A stretch of DNA of 57,038 bases from Candidatus Udaeobacter sp. (GTDB taxonomy: Bacteria; Eisenbacteria; RBG-16-71-46). The notes under the pieces are model-generated. The model searched no databases, was not told the DNA's origin, and saw only the letters and a list, made by a program, of their open reading frames with translations. Made by a program: the position numbers and the translations under genes. The DNA lies in NCBI GenBank assembly GCA_035496475.1, contig DATJEP010000021.1, positions 1-57,038 of the forward strand, read 5' to 3'. Positions 54,529 to 57,038 of the stretch are shown one piece after another. Every line of letters starts with the position of its first letter. Within the stretch, counting starts at the first letter, position 1.

Positions 54529-56417
54529 GTGAACTGTCGTTGCTGGATCGCGATCCACTCGAGCGCCCGCGTCGCGATGCCGGCGGGGTCGAGCTGAACC
54601 TTCTGAAGCAGCTCGTCGCGCCGGCCGTGCGTGACGAACTCGTCGGGAAGCGCGAGGCGAAGGAGCGGCGTGCCGGAGAGGCCGAGCCGGTCGAGGCATT
54701 CGGACACGGCGCTGCCGAAGCCGCCGCTCAGGATCGATTCTTCGACGGTGATCAGGCGGCCGACCGACCGCGCCAGCCCGGCGATCATGCGCTCGTCGAC
54801 CGGCGCGGCGAAGCGGGCGTTCACGACCGTGGCCGAAACGCCGGCGGCGGCCATGCGCTCGGCGCCGGCCAGGGCCGGGAGCACCATGGTGCCGAACGCG
54901 ATCAGTGCGACGTCGCCGCCGGCACGCAGCTGCTCGGCGCGTCCGATCTCGATCAGGCGCGGCTCGCGATCGGGGATCGATTCGTCGGGAATCGCCGTAC
55001 GCGGATAACGGACCGCGATCGGCGCGTGCCCGTTCCACTGCGCCGCGGTCCAGATCATGTCGCGCAGCTCCTCGCCGTTCTTCGGCTGCATCACCACCAC
55101 GCCCGGGATCATGCGCAGGTAGCCGACGTCGAACACGCCGTGCTGCGGCGCGCCGTCCTCGCCCACCAGGCCGGCGCGGTCGATGCACAGCACGATCTTC
55201 AGGTTCTGCGCCGCGACGTCGTGGATGATCTGATCGAAGGCGCGCTGCAGGAACGTCGAATAGATGGTGGTGAGCGGCACCAGGCCCTCGGCTGCGAGGC
55301 CGCCCGAGAACGTCACCGCGTGCTCCTCGGCCATGCCGACGTCGAAGAAGCGCTCGGGGTACTTCTCGGCGAAGGTCTTGAGTCCGGTGTTGTCGGTCAT
55401 CGCCGCGGTCACCGCGACCGCGTTGGGCATGCGCTCGGCCACCAGCAGCGCGGCCTCGCCGAACACCTGCGTGTAGGTCTTCTTCGATCCCTTGGAGGCC
55501 GTCCCGGTCTCGGGGTCGAACACGCCGACGCCGTGGAACGTGCGTGCGTCCTTCTCGGCCGGCGCGTAGCCGCGTCCCTTCTGGGTCATGACGTGGAGCA
55601 GAACCGGCTCGTGGAAGCGCTTGAGATCGGACAGCGTTTCCTCCAGCACGTCGAGGTCGTGGCCGTCGATCGGACCGAAGTACTTGAGGCCGAGCTCCTC
55701 GAACAGCACCGTCGGCACCACGAGATTCTGCAGTCCTTCCTTGACGCGGCCGGCCAGAGACTGGGCCTTGCGGCCCTTGGGCAGACCGCCGAGCAGCTCC
55801 CACACGTCGTGCTCGAAGCGGCGGTAGATGCGGCTGGTGGTCAGCTTGGTGAGGTAGCGATGGATCGCCCCGATGTTGGGCGAGATGCTGTGCTCGTTGT
55901 CGTTGAGGATGACGATCAGGCGCCGCTTGAGCTCGCCGGCATTGTTGAGACCTTCGAACGCCATTCCGCCGGTCAGCGCGCCGTCGCCGATCACCGCGAT
56001 CACGTGATGCGATTCACCTTTGAGATCGCGCGCCACCGCGAAGCCGAGCGCCGCCGAGATCGACGTGCTGCCGTGGCTGGTGCCGAAGGGATCATGCTCG
56101 CTCTCGTCCCGGCGCGGGTAGCCGGCGATGCCGCCGAGCGTCCGCAGCGTGTCGAACTGCTCGAATCGTCCGGTCAGGAGCTTGTGGGGATAGGACTGAT
56201 GCCCGACGTCCCAGATGATCTTGTCGGTGGGCGAATCGAAGACCCGGTGCAGAGCGATGGTCAGCTCGACCACGCCGAGATTCGGGGCGAGGTGCCCGGC
56301 CCGGCGCGCCACGGTCTGGATCACCGCGTGGCGGATCTCCTCGGCCAGCGGCTCGAGCTCCTCGCGGTGCAGCTTCTTGAGGTCTGCGGGGGAATGGATC
56401 TGTTCGAGCAGGCTCAT
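54525..56417 (-). CDS. dxs: 1-deoxy-D-xylulose-5-phosphate synthase
   Basis: LLEQIHSPADLK, GHLAPNLGVVELT, GDGALTGGMAFEGLNN. ATG 56417 is preferred over TTG 56429 because it forms an ATGA overlap with the upstream stop. Confidence 0.96.
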   Translation of the reverse strand: MSLLEQIHSPADLKKLHREELEPLAEEIRHAVIQTVARRAGHLAPNLGVVELTIALHRVFDSPTDKIIWDVGHQSYPHKLLTGRFEQFDTLRTLGGIAGYPRRDESEHDPFGTSHGSTSISAALGFAVARDLKGESHHVIAVIGDGALTGGMAFEGLNNAGELKRRLIVILNDNEHSISPNIGAIHRYLTKLTTSRIYRRFEHDVWELLGGLPKGRKAQSLAGRVKEGLQNLVVPTVLFEELGLKYFGPIDGHDLDVLEETLSDLKRFHEPVLLHVMTQKGRGYAPAEKDARTFHGVGVFDPETGTASKGSKKTYTQVFGEAALLVAERMPNAVAVTAAMTDNTGLKTFAEKYPERFFDVGMAEEHAVTFSGGLAAEGLVPLTTIYSTFLQRAFDQIIHDVAAQNLKIVLCIDRAGLVGEDGAPQHGVFDVGYLRMIPGVVVMQPKNGEELRDMIWTAAQWNGHAPIAVRYPRTAIPDESIPDREPRLIEIGRAEQLRAGGDVALIAFGTMVLPALAGAERMAAAGVSATVVNARFAAPVDERMIAGLARSVGRLITVEESILSGGFGSAVSECLDRLGLSGTPLLRLALPDEFVTHGRRDELLQKVQLDPAGIATRALEWIAIQQRQFT

Positions 56418-56776
56418 CGCGTGCCCCAAGAGTACCAGAGCAGTGCGGCCGCGCTGCCGATCAGGGCGCCGACGAGGACTTCGAACGGGGTGTGGCCGAG
56501 CAGTTCCATCAGCTTCTGCGCACCCTTTTCCGGATGCTCGAAGTGCTCGTCGATCAACCGGTTGAGCACCGCGGCATGCCGGCCGGCCGCGCGCCTCAGG
56601 CCCGCGGCATCATACATGACGATCAGGCTGAAAAACAGAGTCACCGCGAACAGCGGCGAGCGGAACCCCGCGCGCATCCCGATCGCGGTCGATAGCGCGC
56701 TCACCGACGCCGCGTGGGAGCTCGGCATGCCGCCGGTCTCGACGAATCGGCGAAGATTCCAACGCCGCGTGCGCAC
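56414..56776 (-). CDS. divergent PAP2 / DUF212 family membrane protein (N-terminus unresolved)
   Basis: ETGGMPSSHAASVSALSTAIG...MYDAAGLRRAAG...ELLGHTPFEVLVGALIG. A further 24 in-frame codons (56777-56848) look like the family's first TM helix, but they lack a canonical start and are bounded by TGA at 56849-56851. Confidence 0.75.
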   Translation of the reverse strand: MRTRRWNLRRFVETGGMPSSHAASVSALSTAIGMRAGFRSPLFAVTLFFSLIVMYDAAGLRRAAGRHAAVLNRLIDEHFEHPEKGAQKLMELLGHTPFEVLVGALIGSAAALLWYSWGTR

Positions 56777-57038
56777 GTAGTCGGCAACGCCCTTGTAGGC
56801 CTGGACCAGAAAGCCGATCGTGAGTGCGAGCCAGAACGGTTCCGTCGATCACCTCGCGGTCGTGTGGCCGTGAGCCGCGCGCGGACCGAGTGAGCACGGG
56901 GTAGCCGCGGCCGGCGAGACGATACGGTGCCGTCGCGTGCGAGGCAACCGGCGCATCATCGGCTGCGTTCCGCCACCGCATCGACGACGCGCAGCACCGG
57001 GTTCGGACGGGGCAACCGCCGGCGGACGTCGTCACGAA

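Noticed and set aside
56956-57038. Possible 3' end of another - strand gene at the window edge (frame ending ...VLRVVDAVAERSR, stop at 56956-56958). By synteny it could be an ispA/xseB-type gene.
   Set aside because: Only about 27 codons are visible with no diagnostic motif, which is too little to call. The competing 141-aa ORF 56610-57035 overlaps the DUF212 gene and looks like shadow sequence.

Overview
This is a visibly GC-rich chromosomal segment from a diderm (LPS/Omp85-type) bacterium. It is densely packed, with many ATGA/GTGA start-stop overlaps, and almost entirely housekeeping. The + strand block (about 35-29019) carries an Slt-like transglycosylase, a polyprenol-kinase-like protein, a TPR protein, csp, secA, smg, topA, xerC, an Ig-like lipoprotein, dapF, dapA, dapB, a peptidase/propeller/Omp85-barrel fusion, uvrC, xerD, a small OMP, an SNF2 helicase with a YqhG-like partner, an anchored TPR protein and GH57. 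The - strand block (29032-56776) carries an aldehyde dehydrogenase, a radical-SAM protein, leuS, holA, lptE, a sigma-54 response regulator with its histidine kinase, a wlbABC-like amino-sugar trio, a GAF-GGDEF protein, a ubiE/menG fusion, tRNA-Arg(CCG), a hypothetical protein, trpB-F-C, an RDD protein, trpD-G-E, recN, nadK, dxs and a DUF212 protein. I found no CRISPR array, IS element, prophage, toxin-antitoxin pair or recognisable defence island. The most interesting non-genic signal is a 28-bp AT-rich XerC/XerD dif-like site at 31398-31425. It sits next to a clean switch in gene orientation, which suggests the window spans the replication terminus. The best candidates for poorly described biology are the peptidase-MA/PD40/Omp85 fusion, the SNF2 plus YqhG-like pair, the RDD/zinc-ribbon gene inside a leaderless trp operon fused to dxs-nadK-recN, and a Cys-insert GAF kinase with a sigma-54 regulator co-operonic with lptE-holA. 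All functional calls rest on motif recognition by eye in the supplied translations. No database search was run.
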